Positions 9,196 through 17,841 of a stretch of DNA of 37,273 nucleotides are shown here, one piece after another. This DNA is from Acidimicrobiales bacterium. GTDB lineage: Bacteria > Actinomycetota > Acidimicrobiia > Acidimicrobiales > CADCSY01. A model generated the notes under the pieces. That model searched no databases. It saw nothing but the letters and a program-made list of their open reading frames with translations, and was not told the DNA's origin. Position 1 is the stretch's first letter; the number at the start of each line of letters is the position of its first letter. A program made the position numbers and the translations under genes. The DNA lies in the NCBI GenBank assembly GCA_035942015.1, contig DASZDM010000220.1, positions 1-37,273 on the forward strand. The letters are read 5' to 3'.

Positions 9196-9815
9196 CAAGA
9201 AAGGGACGCCACGAAGTTGGCGAGCACGCCCAGGCCGGTCCGTCCCGATTTCTCCGGGTGGAACTGGGTGGCCCACAACCTCCCCCGCTGGACCGCTGCC
9301 ACCACCGGGCCGCCGTAGTCACACGTGGCCACCACGTGCGGTCCTGGTGGCGGGGCGAAGGAGTGAACGAAGTACGCCCACAGCGGCTCTTCCAACCCGT
9401 CGACCAGCGGGCACCGGCCCACCGCCTCGACGAGGTTCCATTGCATCTGTGGGTGCTTGACCCCCTCGGGGAGGCGCCGAACCATGCCGGCCAGCACGCC
9501 CAGGCCGGCGTGCTGCGGGCTCTCCTCCGATCCCTCGTAGAGCAGTTGCATGCCTACGCAGATGCCCAGAAACGGCACATCGGCGGCGATGGCCTTCAGG
9601 GCCACCCCGTCGAGGCCGGCGTCCCGCAGTGCTTCCATCGACCGTCCGAACGCCCCCACCCCGGGCAGGACGACGCCGGCAGCGTCGGCCACCAAGGCGG
9701 CGTCGTCGGTCAGTCGGGCGTCGGCCCCGACTCGTTCCAACGCCTTCTGGGCCGAGCGCAGGTTGCCGATGCCGTAGTCGAGCACGGCCACGAGCGGCCG
9801 TCGGTCGGCACTCAC
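9195..9815 (-). CDS. hisH: imidazole glycerol phosphate synthase, glutamine amidotransferase subunit
   Basis: VAVLDYGIGNLRSAQKALERVG...GICVGMQLL...QFHPEKS is the class I GATase triad context. 4-nt overlaps with hisB and hisA. Confidence 0.93.
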   Translation of the reverse strand: MSADRRPLVAVLDYGIGNLRSAQKALERVGADARLTDDAALVADAAGVVLPGVGAFGRSMEALRDAGLDGVALKAIAADVPFLGICVGMQLLYEGSEESPQHAGLGVLAGMVRRLPEGVKHPQMQWNLVEAVGRCPLVDGLEEPLWAYFVHSFAPPPGPHVVATCDYGGPVVAAVQRGRLWATQFHPEKSGRTGLGVLANFVASLS

Positions 9816-10414
9816 AGGACCCCCTTGGTGGACGGGATCCCTTCCCCCTCCACCCGCAGCGCATCGCGCAGGCAGCGGGCCACCCCCTTGGCCGTGGCTT
9901 CGAGGATGTGGTGGGTGTTGCGACCGGCACGGAGGTGGATGTGCAGGGTGATGCCGGCGTTGACGGCAAAGGACTCCCAGAAGTGCTCGGCCAGTTGCGG
10001 ATCGAACGGGGGGGTGCCCAGGGCCAGCACCTCGCCGACGGGGACGTCGTAGGCCACGAACGGACGGCCCGAGAGATCGAGGGCGACCTCGATCAGGGCC
10101 TCGTCGAGCGGGTACAGGCCGCTGGCGAACCGGCGGACGCCGGCCTTGTCGCCACAGGCCTCGGCGAACGCCTCGCCCAGGGCGATGCCCACGTCCTCCA
10201 CGGTGTGGTGGCCGTCGACCTCGAGGTCGCCCTTGGCCTCCAGGCCGAGGGCGAACCCGCCGTGGCGGCCGAGCTGGGCCAGCATGTGATCGAAGAAGGG
10301 CAGGCCGGTGGCGACATCCACCTGGCCGGCACCGTCCGGTCCGCCGTCGAGGTCTAGCTGCAGATCGATCCGCGTCTCACGGGTGGTCCGGGAGCGCGTC
10401 GCCCTGCGGCTCAT
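9812..10414 (-). CDS. hisB: imidazoleglycerol-phosphate dehydratase
   Basis: RTTRETRIDLQLDLDG...FFDHMLAQLGRHG...DGHHTVEDVGIALG...NTHHILEATAKG are canonical IGPD motifs. Confidence 0.93.
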   Translation of the reverse strand: MSRRATRSRTTRETRIDLQLDLDGGPDGAGQVDVATGLPFFDHMLAQLGRHGGFALGLEAKGDLEVDGHHTVEDVGIALGEAFAEACGDKAGVRRFASGLYPLDEALIEVALDLSGRPFVAYDVPVGEVLALGTPPFDPQLAEHFWESFAVNAGITLHIHLRAGRNTHHILEATAKGVARCLRDALRVEGEGIPSTKGVL

Positions 10415-11502
10415 GCCTGTCCGACGATCTCAGCCAGGGCGACCAGGAAGGCGTCGTCCTCCTCGGGCGTGCCCACCGTGACCCGCAGGCATGCCTCGAG
10501 CCCCGGCCATGACGAGCAGTCCCGGACAAGGACGCCGCGATGCACGAGCTCTCGCCACACGTCGGTGCCGGTCTGGCCCAGCGGGCGGAACAGCACGAAG
10601 TTGGCCTGCGACGGCCACTGCTGGACCGCCAGTTCGCCCAGCGCCGTCACCAGGCGCCGGCGTTCCTTGACCACCGCGGCCACCCGCTCCTCCATCTCCG
10701 CCTCGTAGTCCAGGGCGAGACGCCCGGCGAGCTGCTTCACCGCATCGAGGTGGTAGGGCAGGGTGACCGTGTCGAGATCGGTCACCAGCCACGGCGGTCC
10801 GATCAGGTAGCCGAGACGGGCGGCGGCCATGGACCACGTCTTGGACAGTGTCCGGGTCACCACCACGGGGCGTTCGCCGTCGACCAGTTCCAGGGCGGAC
10901 CACGGGCTGAACTGACCGTAGGCCTCGTCGACCACGACGATGCCGTCCACCAGTGCCAGCACCTCGGCGACGGTTCCGGGCTGGTCGATCATCCCGGTCG
11001 GGTTGTTGGGTGAGCACAGGAAGGTGATGGACGGCGAGGCCGCCTCCACCACTCTGGCCACCTCGGCCAGGTCGAGAGACAGGTCGGGACCTCGTTGGCC
11101 GATGGCGACGCCCGTCCCGGTGATGGACGGTATGTGGGAGTGCAGCCGGTAGGTCGGCTCGAAGACGGCGGCGAGGCGGCCGTGGCCGCCGTAGGCCAGG
11201 CACAGCGCCTGGATGACCTCGTTGGAACCGTTGGCGGCGTAGACCTGCTCCGGCGTTACCCCGTGGAGATCGGCGATGGCCCGGCGCAGCGCCGTCGCGT
11301 GGCGGTCCGGGTAACGCTGCCAGTCGATCGAGTCGAGCTCGGTGGCCAGCGCCTCGGCCCACGCCGCCGGCGGCGCAAACGGCGACTCGTTGGTGTTGAG
11401 CCGTACCACCGCCTCCACCTGGGGCGAGTGATAGCCCGCGAGGCCGGCGAGGTCGGCTCGTCGCGGCGGGCGCCGGGCGACGGCGACGGTCGGCCCCGTC
11501 AT
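10411..11502 (-). CDS. hisC: histidinol-phosphate aminotransferase
   Basis: 363 aa, class II aminotransferase-like (LNTNESPF, NPNNPTG, RTLSKTWSMAAARLGY). 4-nt overlaps with hisD and hisB. Confidence 0.92.
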   Translation of the reverse strand: MTGPTVAVARRPPRRADLAGLAGYHSPQVEAVVRLNTNESPFAPPAAWAEALATELDSIDWQRYPDRHATALRRAIADLHGVTPEQVYAANGSNEVIQALCLAYGGHGRLAAVFEPTYRLHSHIPSITGTGVAIGQRGPDLSLDLAEVARVVEAASPSITFLCSPNNPTGMIDQPGTVAEVLALVDGIVVVDEAYGQFSPWSALELVDGERPVVVTRTLSKTWSMAAARLGYLIGPPWLVTDLDTVTLPYHLDAVKQLAGRLALDYEAEMEERVAAVVKERRRLVTALGELAVQQWPSQANFVLFRPLGQTGTDVWRELVHRGVLVRDCSSWPGLEACLRVTVGTPEEDDAFLVALAEIVGQA

Positions 11503-12821
11503 CCCGATGCCCCCGGCGGCCCGCTCCCGCCGGCGGTGCCCATGCGTACCCGCACAGACAGGGCGTGGGCGGCCAGGCCTTCGGCTTCGGCCATGGCCGC
11601 GACGTGGGGACCGGCCTGGGCCAGGGCGTCGCCATCGAGGGAGACGACGTGGATGTGCTTGACGAAGTCGTCGACCCGGAGGGCGCTGGAGAACCGAGCC
11701 GACCCGGAAGTGGGAAGTACGTGGCTCGGACCGGCCAGGTAGTCACCCACCGACGCCGGCGCCCACGGCCCGCAGAAGACCGCTCCGGCGCTGCGTACCA
11801 GCGGAAGGAGGGCTTCGGGGTCGGCCGTCATGAGCTCCAGGTGCTCGGGGGCGATGGCGTTGGCCACGGCCATGGCCGGCTCGGGACCGTCGACCCCCAC
11901 GGCGTACCCCCCCTCGGCCAGGGTTGATTCGATCTGGGCCCGACGGGGCGAGGCTCGCACCAGGCGGGCGACATCGGCGCACACCGCGTCGGCGACGTCG
12001 ACATCCCATGTCACCAGCCAGGCCAGACCGTCGGGACCGTGTTCGGCTTGGACCACGACGTCGACCGCCGCCCACTCGACAGGCGTCGAGGCATCGGCCA
12101 CCACCACCACCTCGGACGGCCCGGCGAAGGACGAGGGCACGCCCACCGCTCCTGTGCTGGCCACCTCCCGCTTGGCCTGGGCCACCCGGTTGCCCCCGGG
12201 GCCCACGATGACGTCGACCGGGCGGATGCTCTCGGTGCCGTAGGCCAGGGCGGCGATGGCCTGCGCCCCTCCGACGCGGTAGACCTCGTCGACCTCGGCC
12301 AGCGCGGCAGCGGCCAGGATTCCTGCGGGGACACGACCATCCGGCCCGGGCGCCGAGCACAGGGCCACGGCCGGTACACCGGCCACCTTGGCCGGTACGG
12401 CGGTCATCAAGACGGTGGAGATGAGCGGCGCCCCGGCGCTGGGGACGTACAACCCGACCCGGTCGACGGGCCGGCGCAACTCCGAGACCGAGATGCCGTT
12501 GCGCTTGTGCACGACCTCGGGGCCGACCTGGGCCTGGTGGTAGTCGAGAATGTTGCCGTGGGCCACTTCCAGGGCGGTGCGGAGGTCGGGCGCCATGGAT
12601 GCCAAGGCGGCTTCGAGCTCATCTCCGGGCACGGCGATGTGGTCGATGGTCACGCCGTCGAAGCGTGCGGTGAGCTCCCGGAGGGCGTCGTCGCCACCCG
12701 ACCGCACCTCGGCCAACAGGGTCTGGACCTCGGCCACCGGTGGTTCCGACGCCGCCGAGGGGCGGGGCAGCCGAGCTTCCAGATCGTCCCCGGCGCCGCG
12801 CAGGTCGAGTCGAGTGAGCAT
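11499..12821 (-). CDS. hisD: histidinol dehydrogenase
   Basis: 440 aa, HisD-like throughout (QAEHGPDG, APEHLEL, GDYLAGPSHVLPT). First gene of the hisDCBHA block. ATG 12821. Confidence 0.93.
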   Translation of the reverse strand: MLTRLDLRGAGDDLEARLPRPSAASEPPVAEVQTLLAEVRSGGDDALRELTARFDGVTIDHIAVPGDELEAALASMAPDLRTALEVAHGNILDYHQAQVGPEVVHKRNGISVSELRRPVDRVGLYVPSAGAPLISTVLMTAVPAKVAGVPAVALCSAPGPDGRVPAGILAAAALAEVDEVYRVGGAQAIAALAYGTESIRPVDVIVGPGGNRVAQAKREVASTGAVGVPSSFAGPSEVVVVADASTPVEWAAVDVVVQAEHGPDGLAWLVTWDVDVADAVCADVARLVRASPRRAQIESTLAEGGYAVGVDGPEPAMAVANAIAPEHLELMTADPEALLPLVRSAGAVFCGPWAPASVGDYLAGPSHVLPTSGSARFSSALRVDDFVKHIHVVSLDGDALAQAGPHVAAMAEAEGLAAHALSVRVRMGTAGGSGPPGASG

Positions 12822-12879
12822 GGGACGGCGAGCCTACCGGGAGGGCTCGCGCCACCCGAAGGCCATTTCCGGGTAGACC

Positions 12880-13080
12880 GTGTCCATGAGCGCCGGACCG
12901 GAGCTGTCCTCCATCTCCACCGCCCTGGGTGAGCTCACCAACCAGGTGACCACCATCGCCGAGCATATGGAGCGGACCGACAGGGAGGATCTGGCCAAGG
13001 AGCTGTTCGAGGCCGAACGGGCCCTGCTCGGTGCCGGTCGCCGTCTGGCCAAGGTGGTCGACGCCCTCAACCCGATTTGA
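12880..13080 (+). CDS. small hypothetical helical protein (66 aa)
   Basis: The ORF fills the gap between hisD and nth. It has strongly GC3-biased codons and a helical, charged sequence (LGELTNQVTTIAEHMERTDREDLAKELFEAERALLGAGRRLAKVV). Start is GTG 12880 or ATG 12886. No family recognised. Confidence 0.5.
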   Translation: MSMSAGPELSSISTALGELTNQVTTIAEHMERTDREDLAKELFEAERALLGAGRRLAKVVDALNPI

Positions 13081-13191
13081 ATATCGCCGCTGGCCACCGA
13101 AGCCGCCGGTAGGCGGCCCCAGCTGGCTGGCGGCTCGGCGGGCGAAGCCCGCCAGGAAGTGTTCAGGGCGGAGGTCGCCGGGCTCGGCGGA

Positions 13192-13926
13192 TTACCGCCG
13201 ATAATCCGGCGGAGTGCCCGGTGCCGGAGCACGACCAGCTCGCCGAGCAAGCTCCGCTTGCGATGGCGATTGGCCGAACGCCGACGGGCAGAAGTCGGCC
13301 AGCACGCAGCGGTCGCAGTGTGGTCGTCGAGAGGTGCACACGGCTCGCCCGTGCAGGATCAGGCGGAGGCTGAGCGCGCCCCGTTCGGCCGCCGGCACCA
13401 TCGGGTTCAAGTCGGCCTCGACCTTCACCGGATCGGTCTCCGTGGTCAGGCCCAGCCGTCGGGCCAGACGCCCCACGTGGGTGTCGACGGCAAGACCGGG
13501 GAGCCCCAGACCGACGCTGCGTATGACGTTGGCCGTCTTGCGTCCGACGCCCGGCAGGGCGGTGAGCTCGGCCATGGAGTCCGGTACCCCGCCGGCATGA
13601 CGCTCGGTGAGGGCCGAAGCCATGCCGAGGAGGCTCTTGGTCTTCTGGCGGAAGAACCCCGTGGGATGGATCAGCCGTTCGATCTCCTCAGGATCGGCCG
13701 CAGCCAGAGCCGCAGGGGTCGGATAGCGGGCGAAGAGCGCAGGGGTCACCGAGTTGACCCGTTGGTCGGTGGTCTGGGCCGACAAGATGGTGGCGACCAG
13801 TAGCTGGAAGGCGTCGCCGAACTCGAGGGCGCAGAGTGTGGCGGCATCGCCTGGATACTCCTCGGTCAGTCGCCGTAACGTCTCCCGGGCCCGTCCCCCC
13901 GGAGTCCTCGGTCGGCGTCGCTCCAC
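13192..13926 (-). CDS. nth: endonuclease III (DNA-(apurinic or apyrimidinic site) lyase)
   Basis: Motifs: LVATILSAQTTDQRVN; HhH-GPD (LPGVGRKTANVI); and an FeS cluster loop (CTSRRPHCDRCVLADFC). GTG 13926 gives an N-terminus of typical length and follows TACCCT by 8 nt. The alternative ATG 14004 would overlap mshD. Confidence 0.88.
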   Translation of the reverse strand: MERRRPRTPGGRARETLRRLTEEYPGDAATLCALEFGDAFQLLVATILSAQTTDQRVNSVTPALFARYPTPAALAAADPEEIERLIHPTGFFRQKTKSLLGMASALTERHAGGVPDSMAELTALPGVGRKTANVIRSVGLGLPGLAVDTHVGRLARRLGLTTETDPVKVEADLNPMVPAAERGALSLRLILHGRAVCTSRRPHCDRCVLADFCPSAFGQSPSQAELARRAGRAPAPGTPPDYRR

Positions 13927-13954
13927 GATCGCCGAGGGTACGGCGCCGGGCCGG

Positions 13955-14923
13955 ATGTGGGCCCGACGCCGCTCTAACCTGCTGGCCTTGCGGACGCTCG
14001 ACATCAAGGCCCAGCTCGACACCGGCGATGTCCAAGCCGTGCGTGAGCTGCTCGAGCTGGCCGAACGGGCCGACGGCCACCAGGCGGTCGACGAGCACCG
14101 GTGGCTCGACATGGCCCAAGGCGGGCGGGCGAGCTTCGCCGGTCTGGTGGCATGGGAGAGCGGCCACGACCATCCCGTGGGCTACACCCAGATCAGCCGC
14201 GGTCAGCACAGTTGGGCTCTCGACATGGTGATCGACCCCCATCATCGCCACGACACGGGTTCGATCGGCCCCGAGATGCTGCAAGCGGCGATGGACCTGA
14301 TCGCCGTCGAGGGGGGCGGCCACGTCCACCTCTGGGTCTACCAACCGACCTTGACGCACGACGAAATCGCCGCTCGGGTCGGGCTTCGCCAGGGGCGCGA
14401 CCTCCTGCAGATGCGTCGCCCACTTCCCATCGACGTCGACCATCCCGACCTCGCGCTCCGGTCTTTCCGGCCCGGGGAAGACGACGAGCGCTGGCTCGAG
14501 GTGAACAACCGGGCGTTCGATTGGCACCCGGAACAAGGCGGTTGGGACGCGGAGACGCTCAGGGCCCGCATGGAGGAACCGTGGTTCGACGCCGAAGGGT
14601 TCCTCCTCCACGAGCGCGACGGTCGCCTGGCTGGGTTCTGCTGGACCAAGGTTCATGGCCCGGACGGCATGGCCGGCGATCACCATCCGCGGCTGGGCGA
14701 GCTCTATGTGGTGGCGGTGGACCCCGCCTTCCAGGGACTGGGGCTGGGAAAGGCCCTCGTCGTCGCCGGTCTCCAATGGCTGCACCGGGAGCGACATCTC
14801 GATACGGCCATGCTCTACGTCGACGCCACTCACCAACCAGCGGTCAGGCTCTATGAGCGACTTGGCTTCAGTGTCGACCACGTCGACCGGGCCTATGTCG
14901 GCGATGTTCCCGCCGCCAGCTGA
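13955..14923 (+). CDS. mshD: mycothiol synthase (mycothiol acetyltransferase, tandem GNAT)
   Basis: Two GNAT-like halves ending in ELYVVAVDPAFQGLGLGKALVVAGLQWL...AMLYVDATHQPAVRLYERLGF, an MshD-like architecture. The start is uncertain: ATG 13955, or TTG 13988, which fits MshD length better. Confidence 0.85.
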   Translation: MWARRRSNLLALRTLDIKAQLDTGDVQAVRELLELAERADGHQAVDEHRWLDMAQGGRASFAGLVAWESGHDHPVGYTQISRGQHSWALDMVIDPHHRHDTGSIGPEMLQAAMDLIAVEGGGHVHLWVYQPTLTHDEIAARVGLRQGRDLLQMRRPLPIDVDHPDLALRSFRPGEDDERWLEVNNRAFDWHPEQGGWDAETLRARMEEPWFDAEGFLLHERDGRLAGFCWTKVHGPDGMAGDHHPRLGELYVVAVDPAFQGLGLGKALVVAGLQWLHRERHLDTAMLYVDATHQPAVRLYERLGFSVDHVDRAYVGDVPAAS

Positions 14924-15643
14924 TCAGACTCCTGATACTCCCACGGCAGAGCCGACGGCGAAGGTCAGCGCGGCCGGCACGAGGGTGAAGACCACCTGAC
15001 GGGACAGGGTGCGCACCAGTGGCTTTCCGGTGAAGCGTCCGATGGCAACGCCCACGGCCATGGCAGCCAGCACGGCGGCGATGAGCGATGCGGCGATCGC
15101 CGAGGTGCCGGAGCCGAGGAACCATGGAACCAGCGGCACCAGGGCGCCGATCGAGAAGGCGGTGAACGAGGAGGTCGCGGCGCCGAGGGGCGAGCCCAGC
15201 TGGGTGGGGTCCACTCCGAGCTCCTCACGGGCGTGGGTCTCCAGCGCCACCTCGGGGTCCTGCATCACCGCCTCTGCCATCTCCCGAGCGCGGTCGGCCC
15301 CCATGCCTCGCGACTCGTAGACCTCGGCCAGCTCCGCCGTCTCGAATTCGGGATTGCGCCTGATCTCGAGGCGCTCGATCTCCAGCTCCCGTTCCAGCAG
15401 CTCACTCTGCACCCGCATCGAGTTGTACTCGCCGGCAGCCATGGAAATGGCGCCGGCGATGAGCCCGGCCAGTCCGGCCAGGCGGACGATACTGGGGGCG
15501 GGATCGGCCCCGGCGACGCCGAGGATGAGCCCGACGTTGGAGACGAGACCGTCGCTGACGCCGAAGACGGCGGCGCGTGCCGACCCACCCTGGACGTCCC
15601 GGTGGTAGTGCTCGCCGACCGTTTGGTGGACCTCTTCGGTCAT
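14924..15643 (-). CDS. VIT1/CCC1-family iron/manganese transporter
   Basis: FGVSDGLVSNVGLILGVAG...AGEYNSMRVQSE... followed by C-terminal TM helices, the typical VIT-family layout. The stop abuts the mshD stop (TGATCA). Confidence 0.85.
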   Translation of the reverse strand: MTEEVHQTVGEHYHRDVQGGSARAAVFGVSDGLVSNVGLILGVAGADPAPSIVRLAGLAGLIAGAISMAAGEYNSMRVQSELLERELEIERLEIRRNPEFETAELAEVYESRGMGADRAREMAEAVMQDPEVALETHAREELGVDPTQLGSPLGAATSSFTAFSIGALVPLVPWFLGSGTSAIAASLIAAVLAAMAVGVAIGRFTGKPLVRTLSRQVVFTLVPAALTFAVGSAVGVSGV

Positions 15644-15649
15644 CCCGCC

Positions 15650-15655
15650 AACCTA
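15650..15655 (-). promoter_or_regulatory. -10 element (TAGGTT) positioned for a leaderless VIT transcript
   Basis: The minus strand reads gtcggTAGGTTggcgggATG, with a 6-nt spacer to ATG 15643. Confidence 0.4.
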
Positions 15656-15688
15656 CCGACCCCGCTGCCGGCGATGAGCCTGTCGCCC

Positions 15689-15694
15689 TAGCCT
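15689..15694 (+). promoter_or_regulatory. -10 element (TAGCCT) positioned for a leaderless rlmN transcript
   Basis: gcccTAGCCTgaggagGTG has a 6-nt spacer to GTG 15701. The GAGGAG touches the start codon, so it cannot act as an SD. Confidence 0.4.
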
Positions 15695-15700
15695 GAGGAG

Positions 15701-16882
15701 GTGGAGGATCGCTATCAGGCCGGCGTCGAGACCCTGGCTCGGCTCCTGGTCGACGAGCCCTCCTACCGCGTCGGCCAGGTGTGGGACGGGTTGTACCGCC
15801 GGCTGCTGGATCCACGGGACATGACCGACCTCCCCAGCAGAGTTCGCCACCTCCTCGAGGCGGAGCTCCCTGTCGCCCTGGAGTTGATCGAGGAGCGCGA
15901 GAGCGACGGGGGGGACACCCGCAAGTGGCTGTGGCGCCTGCACGACGGCGCCCAGATCGAGACGGTGCTGATGCACTACCGCGACCGCAGCACCGTGTGC
16001 GTCTCCTCCCAGGCCGGCTGTGCCATGGCGTGCAGCTTCTGCGCCACCGGCCAGGGTGGCTTCGAGCGCAACCTGCATGTCGGTGAGATCGTGGAGCAGG
16101 TGGTTCGGGCCGCTCGAGCGGCCCGGCCGCGGCGACTCACCAACGTGGTGTTCATGGGCATGGGCGAGCCACTGGCGAACTACGACCGGGTCTGGGGTGC
16201 CGTGCGGCGCCTCCACGACGATCTCGGCCTGTCCGCCCGCCATCTGACCCTCTCCACCATTGGAATGGTGCCGGGCATCGACCGGATGGCCGGCGAAGAC
16301 CTGCCCGTCAACCTGGCCGTGTCCCTGCACGCCGCCAACGACGACGATCGTGACCGGCTGGTACCGCTCAATCGTCGCTACCCGTTGGCCGCCCTGGTGG
16401 CAGCCTGCAAGCGGTACGTCGATGCGAGCGGGAGACGGTTGTCCATCGAATGGGCGCTGATCGACGGCGTCAACGACCAACCGGCCCACGCCGCCGAGTT
16501 GGCCGACATCGCCCGCTCCCTGCGGGCTCACGTCAACCTCATCCCGCTCAACCCGACACCCGGCTACGCCACGGCGGGTACACCGCCGGCCGGAGTGGAG
16601 GCGTTCCGTCGGCGTTTGGTGACCTTGGGGGTCAACACCACGGTGCGCCGGAACCGTGGCACGGGGATCGACGCGGCTTGTGGTCAGCTCCGCCATGCCG
16701 ACCGACCGGGTGGAGCCGTCACGGTCAGGCGCTCTCCCACCCGCACTGCCTCGACCAGCTCCTCGCCCGCTTCCACCACACCCCCGGGCCACACCACCGA
16801 GCGGATGGCCGAGCCGTGCACCACCGCCCCGTCCCCGATCACCGATGCACCTCCTGACGCCGACAGGTTGGCGACGAGGTAG
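15701..16882 (+). CDS. rlmN: 23S rRNA (adenine2503-C2)/tRNA methyltransferase, radical SAM
   Basis: Radical-SAM motif CAMACSFCATGQ, then GMGEPLAN and the C-terminal GIDAACGQL motif at residue ~330. A low-complexity tail of about 63 aa follows. Confidence 0.92.
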   Translation: MEDRYQAGVETLARLLVDEPSYRVGQVWDGLYRRLLDPRDMTDLPSRVRHLLEAELPVALELIEERESDGGDTRKWLWRLHDGAQIETVLMHYRDRSTVCVSSQAGCAMACSFCATGQGGFERNLHVGEIVEQVVRAARAARPRRLTNVVFMGMGEPLANYDRVWGAVRRLHDDLGLSARHLTLSTIGMVPGIDRMAGEDLPVNLAVSLHAANDDDRDRLVPLNRRYPLAALVAACKRYVDASGRRLSIEWALIDGVNDQPAHAAELADIARSLRAHVNLIPLNPTPGYATAGTPPAGVEAFRRRLVTLGVNTTVRRNRGTGIDAACGQLRHADRPGGAVTVRRSPTRTASTSSSPASTTPPGHTTERMAEPCTTAPSPITDAPPDADRLATR

Positions 16883-17466
16883 TCGGCCGGCGACCCGCAG
16901 TCGACGAAGTCACCTTCGGTGCTGGCCACGTCCAACGTGCCCTCGGCCAGATGGCGCCGCCAGCTCGCCTCCCAGAGCCCCCAAGGGGCATGGGGCAGGC
17001 GGAGCGCCTCCGACCACGGCAGGAGAGAACCGAGGATGCGGCTGGTCGGCCCCAGGCCCTCGCCGGCCCGCCCGCAGATCAAAACGCGTACCCGCACGCC
17101 ATCCCAGTCGGCCAGGAGTGGCGCCAGATCAGCGGTGTGCCAGGTGTCGGCGTTGACCACCAGGACCGGACGGCCGTCCAGCCACGGGCGCAGATGGGCG
17201 ACCGCCCCCGCCGTGCCCAAGGCCATCGGCTCCTCCACGGACAGATAGGCCCGCCCGGCGAGATGCTCTTCGAGTCGCTCCCGCCCGTGGTGGACGTTGA
17301 CGGCGACGTCCTCGGGTGAGACCACCCTCGCCAGCCGGCTGATGGCCAGGTCGACCAGGGCATCGCCGGCCACCGGGCACAGGGCCTTGGGGCGCAGCCG
17401 GGTGAGAGGTCGCAAGCGACGACCCTCACCCGCCGCCAGCACGAGGGCTGCCTGACTGTCAGCCAT
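16684..17466 (-). CDS. nucleotidyltransferase family protein (sugar-phosphate NTP-transferase-like)
   Basis: N-terminal LVLAAGEGRRLRPLT...KALCPV signature of sugar-1-P nucleotidyltransferases, plus a short hexapeptide-like C-terminus. I chose ATG 17466 (MADSQ); the track start GTG 17487 is the alternative. Confidence 0.8.
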   Translation of the reverse strand: MADSQAALVLAAGEGRRLRPLTRLRPKALCPVAGDALVDLAISRLARVVSPEDVAVNVHHGRERLEEHLAGRAYLSVEEPMALGTAGAVAHLRPWLDGRPVLVVNADTWHTADLAPLLADWDGVRVRVLICGRAGEGLGPTSRILGSLLPWSEALRLPHAPWGLWEASWRRHLAEGTLDVASTEGDFVDCGSPADYLVANLSASGGASVIGDGAVVHGSAIRSVVWPGGVVEAGEELVEAVRVGERLTVTAPPGRSAWRS

Positions 17467-17818
17467 GGAGACCCGCCAGTGGACCAACCCCCGTCATCCC
17501 CAGACCCTGCAGATCGCCGTCTTCCTGCTCTACGCCAACGCCGTCTTCGGTCTGCTCTTCCAGCGCCCGTTCGTCGTGTTTCCCTCGCTGCTCGGGCTTT
17601 TGGTGATCGTCGCCTATGCCGTCGGGGGATTCGGCGTGGCCAACGACCGCAACTGGGGGTACTTCGTGGCGATCGGGGTCTCCGCTCTGGTCGTGGTGGC
17701 CACGGTACTCCGTGGCTTCGTCCTCCTCGGCGTGATCAGCCTGATGTTCGACATCGCCCTCCTGGTGCTCCTCCTCCACCCCCAGAGCCGCAGCTACCAA
17801 CAGATCTGGTTCAAGTAG
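17465..17818 (+). CDS. small integral membrane protein (117 aa, ~4 TM), unknown family
   Basis: Hydrophobic stretches (LQIAVFLLYANAVFGLLF, LLGLLVIVAYAVGGFGV, YFVAIGVSALVVVATVL, GVISLMFDIALLVLLL). This composition is unlike the Arg/Pro-rich shadow frames of this DNA. Confidence 0.65.
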   Translation: METRQWTNPRHPQTLQIAVFLLYANAVFGLLFQRPFVVFPSLLGLLVIVAYAVGGFGVANDRNWGYFVAIGVSALVVVATVLRGFVLLGVISLMFDIALLVLLLHPQSRSYQQIWFK

Positions 17819-17841
17819 GGACGCAGCTTCGAGCCGGAGCG

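Noticed and set aside
13101-13153. Short GC hairpins (gccgcc-ggta-ggcggc and ggcggg-cgaag-cccgcc) between the 66-aa ORF and nth, considered as terminators. A 7-bp stem with a 13-nt loop at ~1727-1753 is a similar case.
   Set aside because: Stems of only 6-7 bp arise easily by chance in GC-rich DNA, and no T-tract follows. This is not enough to call them features.
15695-15700. GAGGAG as the Shine-Dalgarno of rlmN.
   Set aside because: It abuts the GTG start with a 0-nt spacer, which is too close to function. The preceding TAGCCT at the leaderless distance explains the arrangement better.
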